Source of the DNA: Octopus sinensis
Lineage: Eukaryota
DNA length: 64,000 nucleotides
Assembly: GCF_006345805.1 (NCBI RefSeq)
Contig: NC_043015.1
Location: forward strand, 26,970,001 to 27,034,000
Direction of reading: 5' to 3'
The translations under genes and the position numbers were made by a program. The notes beneath the pieces are model-generated. The model saw nothing but the letters and a program-made list of their open reading frames with translations. It made no database searches and was not told the DNA's origin. Shown here in pieces: positions 10,434 to 22,134 of this stretch. The number at the start of each line of letters is the position of its first letter. The stretch's first letter is position 1.

Positions 10434-10824
10434 ATTTCATTTAGGCCGAAGGTCAATAATTGTGAATGCAGGGTTTAGTCGATATTGCGGTCCTTTATAC
10501 TTGACTGGTATTTTATTTTGACACCGAAATAAGGAAAATCAGAGCTGACCCCCATGAGGGTCATCAGAGCACATCATCCAAGTTCACACCGAAGACATAT
10601 CTGACACCGTTGATCTTGCATTCCCGTCACTCCATTGCTTCGGATTGTTAATGGCAGATATGTCTTCGGTGTGAACTTGGATGATGTGCTCTGATGACCC
10701 TCATGGGGGTCAGCTCTGATTTTCCTTATTTCGGTGTCAAAATGAAATACCAGTCAAGTATAGAGGACCGCAATATCGACTAAACCCTGCATTCACAATT
10801 ATTGACCTTCGGCCTAAATGAAAT
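10434..10824. repeat. 391-bp fold-back; 170-bp arms, 51-nt spacer
   Basis: 10434-10603 versus the reverse complement of 10655-10824 shows only 2 substitutions; the outer part of each arm is a decayed S1 SINE 3' half. Confidence 0.95.
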
Positions 10825-11114
10825 TATATCAATTACAACCGGTTCATTGCATTCCGATTTGAAATCCTCCTGCGGCCTACTTTTACGATAAATTCAACCC
10901 GCTGCCCATTTTAATACTGTCACACCTGGCAACTTGAGGGATTTAGATGGCACTCATCAACACAAGTAAATAACTTGGGGTAGGTTTCCGGTCTCAGAAA
11001 ATCTTCTAAACAGATTTTTATTATTGCGATCTTGTCAAATAGAATTTCTATTTGACAAATTCGAGAAACGAACGAAAGCGCTAATAATAATGAAGAAATA
11101 AAAAGATTTTTTCC

Positions 11115-11418
11115 AGAATTCTGACGACCATAGGATTGCGGTTTCGATTCCTACACCGGGCGTAGTGAGTGCTTATTGAGCGAAAACACCAAAATCTCCA
11201 CGAGGCTATTGTATTATTTTTCCACAACATTCTCTCACTCTTTCTTCCAGTTTCTGTTGTACCTGTATTTCAAAAGACCAGCCTTGTCAAGCTGCTCCGA
11301 GAACAACGTTAAGGGTACACGTGTCTGTGGAGTGCTCAGCCACTTGCACGTTAATTTCCCGAGCAAGCTGTTCGAGTCAACTGGAACCACTGTCGTCATA
11401 ACCGACGGAGTGCTACTG
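11115..11418 (+). mobile_element. SINE family S3
   Basis: B-box-like GGTTTCGATTCC; tail GTTAAGGGTACACGTGTCTGTGGAGTGCTCAGCCACTTGCACGTTAATT is shared with 62095-62420. Confidence 0.65.
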
Positions 11419-12719
11419 TACATATGTACGTATATATAAAGAAATAATTTTCATTCAATTGCATTAGGTTCTTATGTTGAGGCATCAAGTCAGCCCGTTA
11501 TTATCCGCACAGTTCCAAGTAAGATGAATAAAATCAAAATAAGCAGCTGAATATCAAGTACTTGATATCCTGTTGCTTATTTTGATTATATATATATATA
11601 TATAGGTATATATACATATGTTTATATCCATATATATATATATATAATGTATGTATAGGTATATAAATTTACTTGTGCATATATATGCAAATATATACAT
11701 ACACAAACGCGCTCGCACACACACATGATATATATATATACACGCACGCACTTATATATACATATACATATATACATGCATACATACATACATATGTACA
11801 TACATATGCAAACACATAGGTACACAGACACGCATATGTCTACGTCAGCAATTCGGGGTGCATATCATGTACTTGTTCCTCGTCTGGTCTATCGACAAAT
11901 TATTGATTTCTTGAAATTCTATCACAAAGCATACGTTGAAAAACCGATCAAAGGATTTTTATTTTGTTTTTGTTTTTTGCTGAATTTTATTAGAAACTAT
12001 AGCAACTACTACTACTTCTACTACTTTAATATCAATACATGAAAACAAAAATAAAGCAAAGAAATATAAGGGGACTCACAGGGGCCTCAACATTGTTGCC
12101 CGATAATAGTAAAAATAGCAACCAAACCTCCCTTACGTTACACTCTTCTGTCTCCAAAAGTAAGGCTCATAAGGTAATATAGCGTATAGTAGTTCATCCA
12201 TTAAAAGATAAGGCAAGCACGGACAGCTTGACTCGCTTTTATTGTATGGTTGCTGCTCATTCGAGGACGACGTTTACAACGCCTTCTCGAATAATTTTGT
12301 ACGTATATATATATATGCATTGGTATATGTATATATGTAAACATCACTACGTGTGCATACTTTTGTTTGTTTGTATAAGTATATATATGTATATATATAT
12401 CGCTAACCACTAAAGCTTTTTTAAAATTCTCTGTTTATTTTCTGTGTTACTTTCTGTTGAAGAGCGTTGCCACGAAGCGTAAAATACTTTCTCACCTTTC
12501 CGAGCCTTAAAGTAATACCCCTGTTTGTTGTTTACACAACTGCCTTCATCTTTTGTTTTTGGGTTTTTTTTCGTAAATTCCAACTATATATATATATATA
12601 TATATACTCTTTTACTCTTTTACTATTTTTCTCTTTTACTCGTTTCAGCCATGCGGCTACGGTCATGCTGGAGCCCCACCATAGTCCTTCTGATTTCCTC
12701 AGTCTGAGATGTTTCACAT

Positions 12720-14138
12720 CACCATTCCTGTATGTGCCTCTTTTCCAGCTGCTCTTTTGTGGAACTTCAGGAAACAATATAGAAGTTCAAGTTGGTATTA
12801 TGCCTAAGGTGACATATATTTGGTTTTGCGCATATTATTGTTCTAGAGAATGCGTAACAAAACGACAAAATTATGAGTCTGGTTTAAAATTTGAAATTAC
12901 ATAGACAGTATTTTACGTAGGGTATAAGTAGTTCCTATGAGCACTATTTTCTAAATTTCTGCCATTTTCAGATTTCTTGGTATCTGAGCTAGTTAGCAAT
13001 CAGCCCATTTTGCTATCATTCCCAGGGCACCTATGACAACAGGTATTGTTCTAATCTTCAGGTTCCACATTTTGCTAATTTTTATTTCGAGATCTTTATA
13101 CTTGCTCAATTTCTGGTAGGTCGTAACAGATACGTTTATGTTGATTGAGACAGTCATATTAATGAAGGGGCATGATTTTTGTCTGAAATCCTTCAATATG
13201 ATGTCTGGCCTATTCGCATATATTTTTCTGTCAGTTTGAATGGTGAAGCTCCAAAGGAGTGTAATGTTATCATTTTCAATCACTGGAGGTGGTTTGTTTT
13301 CCCACAAGTTTTTATCATGGGGTAGGTCCAGGTTTTTGCAAATAACCCAGTGAATATACTGTACTGCTCTATTATGCCTATTGAGATATTCTGCAGGTTC
13401 ATGAAGACTCTACATGGAGAAAACATGATCGATGGTTTCATTTTCGGGCTACATAGACGGCGTGTAGGGTTATATACGACTTGTTGACCAGGTAGCTCCA
13501 TGTAGCTAGGCATTGATCTTTTGCTGCTATGATAAACCCTTCTGTCTCTGATTTTAAGCCAGAAGACACTAACCACTGATGGGTAAGAGTTTTGTCAACA
13601 TCGGCATTATTAACTCTCTTTGAATATTTGCCATTCAGAGGTTTTTTGCCATTTATCAGTAAGAATATCTAAGGCAGCAATTTTAGTACAGGTTTTCATA
13701 CGCTTAGCTTTTTCCGCGCTTGATTCCAGTACGTCTTATTCTGAAGTTTGTTGTATTTGGAATTCACTTATATATTCCTTTGCCTTATATATTCCTTTGC
13801 ATGTATGATGCTCTCTTGTTTTCATATTTTGAGACAAGTTTTAACAGCCAGTACTCAGAGTTTTTCAGGTATGCGTCTAGGCCAATTGTGGCAATCTTCA
13901 TTGTCAATTCCAGTTGCAAAAGTGCATGGCCTGACTCTTTTCTTTGCAGACAAAGTCGTTCTATATCTGCCTTACGGTGGTGCATTCTATGCATTGTCAA
14001 CAGTTTTCGTATTTTTCTGTCAAGATTACTTATTTCAGTAATTGACCAGCTAATGACATTGAAACTGTAAGTCACGACTGGTATGGCTAAACTATTGATA
14101 GCTTCGATCCTGTTTCTTGCATTCAGTTCTGCTTTGAG

Positions 14139-14140
<2 letters not shown>
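12720..14140 (-). mobile_element. RLE-type (R4/Dong-like) LINE, family C, degenerate 3' part
   Basis: LDRKIRKLLTMHRMHH, RPDIILKD, KLSKYKDLEI..MWNL..IPVVIGALG and LRKILSM*; 5' end abuts an (ATT)n tract. Confidence 0.85.
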
Positions 14141-14211
<71 letters not shown>

Positions 14212-14519
14212 TTAAGATAGTTTTATTCGGCCCCATGCATCTTAAAATTTCATTGGCGGAGCAACAAGGACCTTGCACGTCGGGTACAGACAACCGAATA
14301 CAGAAATGGAGGAAGACCATGATGGCTACTGGAAACTGGTGGAGCACATAGTATTGTTAAAAGTAGTATTTAAATACTAGCTACATCAAAATGCATCAAA
14401 ACAGAGTTCCCAATCTGTGGTTCATGGATCACCTGGCAGGACAAAATGTCCGTGATGCTTCATTCTCTAAGTAAACTTAGTGAGACACTTAAGCGACATC
14501 GACCGACAATGAGAGTTGG

Positions 14520-14578
14520 TGTGTGTTTACCTGCTGTATGACTGCGAAGATGTGCGTATTTGTTGCGTATGCGTGTCT

Positions 14579-14616
<38 letters not shown>

Positions 14617-15150
14617 TTGTGTGTGCGCCTGCGTGTAAGCTGACGCATATACGTGAGAGGATGACATCAGCTCGATGGTGTATGCGTACATGTTTCCTAG
14701 GATGTATGTACGCACGTTTGCCTATCAAGTATGTGTGTTTGCTTCTGTGTGCGTATACGTGCGTGGGTATGTGTATCAGTATCTCTGAGTGTGCGTATGT
14801 GTGTGTGTGCGCGCACATATACATTAGTGTCCGCGTATGCGGGGTGTGTGCATAAGTATTTGGAATGCATGCATGAGTGCCTGTGTGTGTTTGTGTGCGT
14901 ACGAATGTCTGGTGCGCGTGAATATACTTATGTCTGTATATGTATGTGCATATATGACTGTGTGCATGTGTGCCTACATGCACGAGTGTACGTGTGTGTA
15001 TGTGCGTGGTAATATATATATCTGATGTGTGTTTGTTTACACCTGCATCTGATATTCTTGCGTGTAAGAGTACAACCGGTGTATGCACCTGTGTGTGCAT
15101 AGGATTGCCATGCGAGTATATGTGTGGTGGACTTATGTACTGATGCGTTA
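14520..15150. repeat. Degenerate (GT)n compound microsatellite
   Basis: Read directly from the sequence. Confidence 0.85.
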
Positions 15151-15299
15151 GGCTTGGCGCAACCTGTTAGAAACAGCGTCATGGGGGGGGGGTAAACAAA
15201 TTTACCATTGAATTTGATATTTAGTATTGTTAGGAAGAGAAAGAACGAGAAAAAAATTACATAGATATGTGTGTATTTATACACATTCACACACATGAA

Positions 15300-16400
15300 G
15301 ATGGTCGTAGATTACAGAAAATTCATTAGGCTGGAAAGTCAATTTGTGGTCTACGCAGGCAGCAGACATAAGCTACTTTGCCTTTGCTTATGGGGCAGTC
15401 AGTATTATGGTCGTATATCTGGGTTATCGGTGACCAGTGGCTTGAAGTATACCAAGAGGGTGTACCTCAGGTGACAGCAGTGATATAATTCGTATTTCCT
15501 GATGATGTTTATTGCAGGTTGATGGAATATATGCAGTATTTCACGAATGGCGGGCTCCGAATGAGTAAAGAAAGGCCTTGTCGATGATGGTCCATTCGAT
15601 GTTGGGGAAGTCTTTCCGGAAGTTTCGAATTCTCCAGATAAAGCGAGACAAGGAAGTAAAATGTTCTCTATCCCTACATCTAATGGAATGCATATACTGT
15701 GTGTGCCTTATCTTAAAGTTTTTGTCCACCATGCCAGTGAGGTGCCTAGTAATGCTATCGGATGGTGTGAGGGTGGCTATGTAGACTACAGCCTAGGAGA
15801 GGCAGGATACGCCCAGAGGACAGCTGGTAGAGTTTCTAGAGTTACAGGCTATAGCTTGAAGTAGTGTGAGTGCATGTTTGCAACTAATTTAGCGAGCAAC
15901 GTTAGAAACGATGTTTTCATGCAAGAATAGCTCACTTTGAAGTTGTACGAGTCAAAAAGCTTATAGTACATATGGTCTCTTGGGAAATGTTTCTTGATCA
16001 ACTATAGAAAGTTCCTAACTACCTTGAGGGAAAAGTTTAGGTTATATGGAAGGTTGAACCAGATTATCTTCCTCTTTTTGGTCTTCTTCGGGTACAATGG
16101 TAAGGTGGAGGGGTTCTCTGTATATGCTAACTTCTCGTGAAATCTACTCTTCTTTAAATGTGTCGTTGTAGTTGGCTATTGAAGGTCTCTCTGTCAGCTG
16201 AAAGTTTGAGTACTTTTTCTACTAATGCCTGAAAGAAGGTGGTTATTTTGTGATGGGGTTGATTCGGATCTTAATTTAAAACATTTGAGGTCGCTGATAT
16301 TTCGATATTCCTTTCAACCACACCATGCAACAGGTCTTAATCAATAGCAGCCCAACTGGACTTCGTCCATTACCGCATTCAGTAGCCTGAGTTTCATGAG
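15300..16400 (-). mobile_element. Penelope-like element, degenerate C-terminal part
   Basis: Minus-strand remnants KRKIIWFNLPYN, KHFP, SCM and HFTSLSRFIWRIRN..IEWTIIDKA, typical of PLE linker/GIY-YIG regions. Confidence 0.7.
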
Positions 16401-16424
16401 CTAGGGTCCTATGCCGATTCTACG

Positions 16425-16871
16425 GGGATCACCGAAAATGAGAATTGCAAAATCCTGTGGGATGCAATGAGCAAACATCAGAAACCGAACATTATTATGG
16501 TGAGCAAAAAAGAAAGAACATGTATGATAGTCGACATAGCATGACCCGGTAACAATAGCAACAATGTGAAAGACGAAAAAATAAGCAACTATGACGATTT
16601 GAAGCGGGAAATACGAAGGTTGTGGTCAATGATGAGAGTAGATGTGATAGCAATTGCAACTTGGTGCACTTGGAAGTATCAGCAGTCAACTACCAGCATG
16701 GCTGAAAAAGATTGGTGCAATTGAGAAAAACCAGCATTGCTTGGAACTGCAAGAATTCTTTGAAGGGTTCTTGAAGCATGACCAGTAAACAAGCGTCACC
16801 TTAATCCGCTGGCTGTGGATAGCTGACACCTTCCATCATACCCAGCAAAATAAACTGAGTTTTCATATGAC
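16425..16871 (+). mobile_element. RLE-type LINE 3' end, family D
   Basis: ENENCKILWD, KPNI and LGTARIL remnants; (AAT)n tail. Confidence 0.7.
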
Positions 16872-16941
<70 letters not shown>

Positions 16942-16944
<3 letters not shown>

Positions 16945-18378
16945 GCATCCCCCACACATGGATCCTCGAAACACTAGCCATTAACAAAGTAGCACCAACA
17001 ATCATAACATTCATAGAGCACTCTATGAATAAATGGCAAACAGTCCTACACCTCCAAACAAAAGAGGGACTCATGAAAACCAAAGACATCCCCATTAGAA
17101 GAGGAATATTCCAGGGAGACACGCTCTCTCCACTCCTTTTCTGCTTGGCACTGTCACCTCTATCTGATATGCTAAATAGAACTGGATGCGGATATAAATG
17201 TTACGGCAAAACGATCAGCCACCTTTTATATATGGATGACCTAAAACTATACGCTGCAAATGACAAACAGCTGGAAACACTATTAAAGACAGTTCATCGA
17301 TTTACCAAAGAAATAGATATGAAATTTGGATTAGAAAAATGCGCCAAAGTAACCTTGAAAAGAGGAAAACTAGTTAAGAGTAACAACATCACACTAGATA
17401 AAACCAATGAAATAAAAGAATTAGACCAAAGCCAAACTTACAAATACTTAGGAATCCATGAACTAGATAAGACACAACACACACAAATGAAAGAGAAAAT
17501 AAAAAAAGAATATTATAGACGAGTTAGATCAATACTAAACACAGAGCTCAATGCTAAAAACAAGATAATAGGTATCAACACTTTAGGTATCCCAGCAATG
17601 GTTGAGAAGCTCAGGACTCAAAGCAGAAACAGAGGGATTTTTAATTGCAGCACAAGACCAAAGCCTCCCCACCAGAAATTACCAAAACCATGTAATGAAA
17701 AGAAATATTACAAGTAACTGCAGAATATGTGGAGATGGACAAGAAACAATAAATCATATTATCTCTAGCTGCCCGGTCTTGGCTAAGAAGGAATATATTC
17801 ACAGACATGACAGAGTTGGAACCTACATACATTGGAAGCTATGCCAACATTATGGAATAACAACAGAAAAAAGATGGTATAGGCACACACCAGAAAAGGT
17901 CACAGAAAACGAGAAAGCAACCATACTCTGGGATATGCCGATACACACAGATAGAGAAATTAAGGCCAACAGACCAGATATAGTTGTCAGAGATCATGAA
18001 GAAAAAAATGCTTTCTAATTGATGTATCAATACCGGCTGATGACAACGTGTCTCTAAAGAAATGGAGAAACTCTTAAAATACAAAGACCTGGAAATAGAG
18101 GTAACTAGAATGTGGAATCTGAAAACAGAAACAATTCCTATCATAGTAGGTGCATTAGGCATGATAAAAAATATTCAGACAAATACATAACAAAAACACC
18201 AGGACTTACAAACACATATAACATACAGAAAATGCACTACTAGGCAGTGCACACATCCTACGCAGAACACTTTCCATACAATAACCATCAGAGCATCACA
18301 ACAAATCACAGCACATACCCAAGGCACACAGAGCTGTGCTCGGTAGTGAAGTGAAAGCACGCTATAAAAATAAAACTA

Positions 18379-18381
<3 letters not shown>
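16942..18381 (+). mobile_element. R4/Dong-like LINE family A, 5'-truncated with an internal ~500-bp deletion
   Basis: Nearly identical to 41797-43741; RRGIFQGDTLSP, YMDD, CRICG..H....C, RHDRV and RPDIVV; (AAT)n on both sides. Confidence 0.95.
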
Positions 18382-18408
<27 letters not shown>

Positions 18409-18409
<1 letters not shown>

Positions 18410-18560
18410 TAACAAGTAACTGCAGAATATGTGGAGATGGACAGGAAACAATAAAACATTATCTCTGGCTGCCCAGTCCTGGCTAAGAAGGAATATATTC
18501 ATAGACATGACAGAGTTGGAACCTACATACACTGGAAGCTATGCCAACATTATGGAATAA
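18409..18560 (+). mobile_element. Extra ~150-bp family A-like fragment (Zn-knuckle region) inside the (AAT)n tail
   Basis: Diverged copy of 17709-17860. Confidence 0.85.
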
Positions 18561-18590
18561 TGGAATAATAATAATTATTATTATTATTAA

Positions 18591-18683
<93 letters not shown>

Positions 18684-18724
18684 CATTATTATTATTATTA
18701 TTATCATTATTATTTTTATTATTA

Positions 18725-19177
18725 CTTTTTTTTTCTTCTTTCAAATTTGCTTCCATTTCTTGCCGAGTGTCTTCCCGACTCCTAGGGCAAAGAAACTCAT
18801 AGTATTCATTGGTAGGCCATTAAACCAAACTCAATAGTTCGTTCATTTTTTTTTTAAGTTAAATTAAAATACATGAGCAGCAACAGTTCTCACATCGACA
18901 ATGCTCTTCTCAATACGTGTGATGTACCAGTTAAGACAATCTTTTGCACTTCTTGCAGGGATGGTAAGCCAGGGATCATTCTCATATAATTTTCGGTTCC
19001 CTTTTTGATCATTCCTAGTGCTCCTACGATCACTGGTATTGTAACCGCCTTGAGATGCCACATTTTCTCAATTTCAATGAGTAGAGGTCTTTATATTTTC
19101 TGAGCTTGTCAAACTCTTTCGCTGAGATATTATGATCACAGGGGATGCTCATGTCGATCAATAAGCAAACTTTATTG

Positions 19178-19180
<3 letters not shown>
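18725..19180 (-). mobile_element. R4/Dong-like LINE family B, 3' end
   Basis: Matches 33632-34090; LRRALSM* on the minus strand. Confidence 0.9.
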
Positions 19181-19241
<61 letters not shown>

Positions 19242-19262
19242 TTTTATTTTTATTATTATTAT

Positions 19263-19452
19263 TCTATGTTTGACATTTGCTTTACATTTACACAAGCTGG
19301 CTCCAAGTCTCATCCAGAGGCCGCAAGAGACAAGTTGAAAGTTCGGGTTGGTGTTATTCCTAGGGTGCCATATATTTGGTTTCGTACTTAGTGTTGTACT
19401 AGTGAATGTCTAAAAAACCATACGAAAATTATGAGACTTGAGATTACATAGA
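19263..19452 (-). mobile_element. RLE LINE family C, 3'UTR
   Basis: Similar to 12730-12900 and to the reverse complement of 49586-49790; flanked by (ATT)n. Confidence 0.75.
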
Positions 19453-19471
19453 ATTATTATTATTATTATTA

Positions 19472-19525
<54 letters not shown>

Positions 19526-19720
19526 TCCAGTGTCACTTTGATGGTATGCAATGCTCTCTCACCTAATAATAAAAATAAAAATAAATGTAACTCGTAACAA
19601 ATGTTTTGAGCGTCTTTTTCTTTCATTTGTCCAATCATTTATATATATGTGCGTGTGTGTTTGTGAGTGTGTATTTACATGTGTATGTATACACACACAT
19701 ATATATATATATATAGAGAG

Positions 19721-19811
<91 letters not shown>

Positions 19812-20212
19812 CGCATATACATACACGTCCGTTTAATGTTAACCCTCATGTCGAAAAGAAGCATTTAATTTTATAGTTGCGATTAATGGTGCATTTTATT
19901 TGTCTTGAGTCCAAACTCTTGCTACTCCGAGTTTCCCCTGTGGGTGCACAAGGTTTTCAGGTAAGTTACTAGTGGGGAAAAACATGAAATTTTCACATTG
20001 GTATATAGGATTCGTGGCGCAGAGTATATTGGGAGAGAGATAATGTGATGAAGGGGTAAAAAAAAGGAAACACTTCATCTCTGTCTATATGTGAGGGACA
20101 GGGTTGAGTTTACATGTGGACGAGTGAGAGTGTGTGTGAGGTTTTGTCAAACTTTATATCACAACTTTACATTTCTTCATGATGAAACAATGCAAAATAT
20201 ATTCTTGTCTAC

Positions 20213-21015
20213 TCTAGGGACAAGGCCCGAAATTTTGGGGATTAGATCGACTCCAGTACGCAACTGGTACATATTTTATCGAAAGAATGAAAGGCAAAGT
20301 CGACCTCTGCGGAATCTGAACTCAGAACGTAAAGACAGACGAAATACATATTTCTTTACTACCCACAAGAGGCTAAACACAGAGAGGACAAACAAGGACA
20401 GACAAACGGATTAAGTCGATTACATCGACCCCAGTACATAACTGATACTTATTTAATCGACACCGGAAGCATGAAAGGCAAAGTCGACCTCGGCGGAATT
20501 TGAACTCAGAACGTAACGGCAGACAAAATACCGCTAAGCATTTCGTCTGGCGTGCTAACGTTTCTGCCAGCTCACCGCCTTTAATCAGACGAAATACCTA
20601 TTTATTTACTACCCACAATGGCCTAAACACAGAGGGGACAAACAAGGACAGACAAACGGTTTAAGTCGATTATATCGATTCCAGTGCATAACTGGTACTT
20701 ATTTAATCGACCCTGAAAGGATGAAAGGCAAAGTCGACCTCGGCGGAATTTGAACTCAGAACGTAGCGGCGGACGAAATACCTATTTCTTTACTACCCAC
20801 AAGGGGCTAAACCAATAGGGGACAAACAAGGACAGACAAACGGATTAAGGCGATTACATCGACCCCAGTGCATAACTGGTACTGAATTTATCGACTCCGA
20901 AAGAATGAAAGGTAAAGTCGACCTCGGTGGAATTTGAACTCAGAACGTAACGGCAGCCTAAATACTGCTAAGCATTCCGGCCGGCGTGCTAACGTTTCTG
21001 CCAGCTCGAAGCCTT
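20213..21015 (-). mobile_element. SINE S1 tetramer (nested self-insertions)
   Basis: Four units; junctions at 20348, 20598 and 20782 all read tail AA(G/T)AAATA followed by (G/T)GTATTTCGTC. Confidence 0.9.
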
Positions 21016-21473
21016 CTTCTGTAGAAAATATATTACTACACAGTAAACGTACTTAGTTGTCATTCACATCTTTCTCTCTCTCACTGTCTCTCACTCTCTC
21101 ACTGTGTCTTTCTATTTCTCTTTCTTTGTTTGTCACTTTGTCTACCTCTGTCGCTCTTCCCCTTTCTCTCTCATTAGTTCTTATCTCTCAGTCTACTAAT
21201 ATTTCTCAAAACTCATCGTCCTTATGAACCATCCGCAAATATTCTCCACACACACAAACACAAAGTAATCGACTTGCACTCACCCACCCACTCAAACACA
21301 TACCACAACTGTCAATCACCCCCTTCCAGTCTCTCTTTTCTTCTCTCCCATTCTTTTCTGTATAAATACACGACAAAAATATGATGTATACTGCATATTT
21401 GTGTGCATGAATATACATACTTACATACATACATACACAATTACATACATATACATATATATATATATGCATG

Positions 21474-21519
<46 letters not shown>

Positions 21520-21520
21520 A

Positions 21521-21555
<35 letters not shown>

Positions 21556-22072
21556 AGTGCATGTGTATATATGCACGCGTATACAGTCATACATACATGC
21601 AATACACATATACATGTGTGTGTGCGCGCGATCGTTATTATATAATCACCAATCCTTACTACTATTTAACAACTCATTTACAAAATAATTGCTTCATCTC
21701 ATCAGATAAACTTCCTTTACATCGATACATTAATGTACACGCTTAACTACATACTTACGTACAGATACTTTCATAGAATGCATGTGTTTATACACACACA
21801 TATATAGATAGATACATAGATATATATATACGTAGTTGTGTACAAACATTGTATATAGATGTATATATTTCTGGGGCGGGGAGAGAGTAAGTGATAAAGT
21901 AAATATATATTTCCAGAATATTTGAGTAGGATTTCTCATAATCATGGCTTATGTTACTCTTAAGTCTACTAAATTATAACCAAACTGGAAAGATAAGAAG
22001 TCTTTACAGTTTTACATACACAGCAGCATATTTATTCATAAATATGCAGATGTTTCTGTGTGTATGTGTGGG

Positions 22073-22134
<62 letters not shown>

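Noticed and set aside
10679-10720. TGATGA...CTGA inside the 391-bp fold-back (C/D snoRNA- or hammerhead-like)
   Set aside because: There is no GAAA partner, no terminal stem or guide evidence, and it overlaps decayed SINE sequence.
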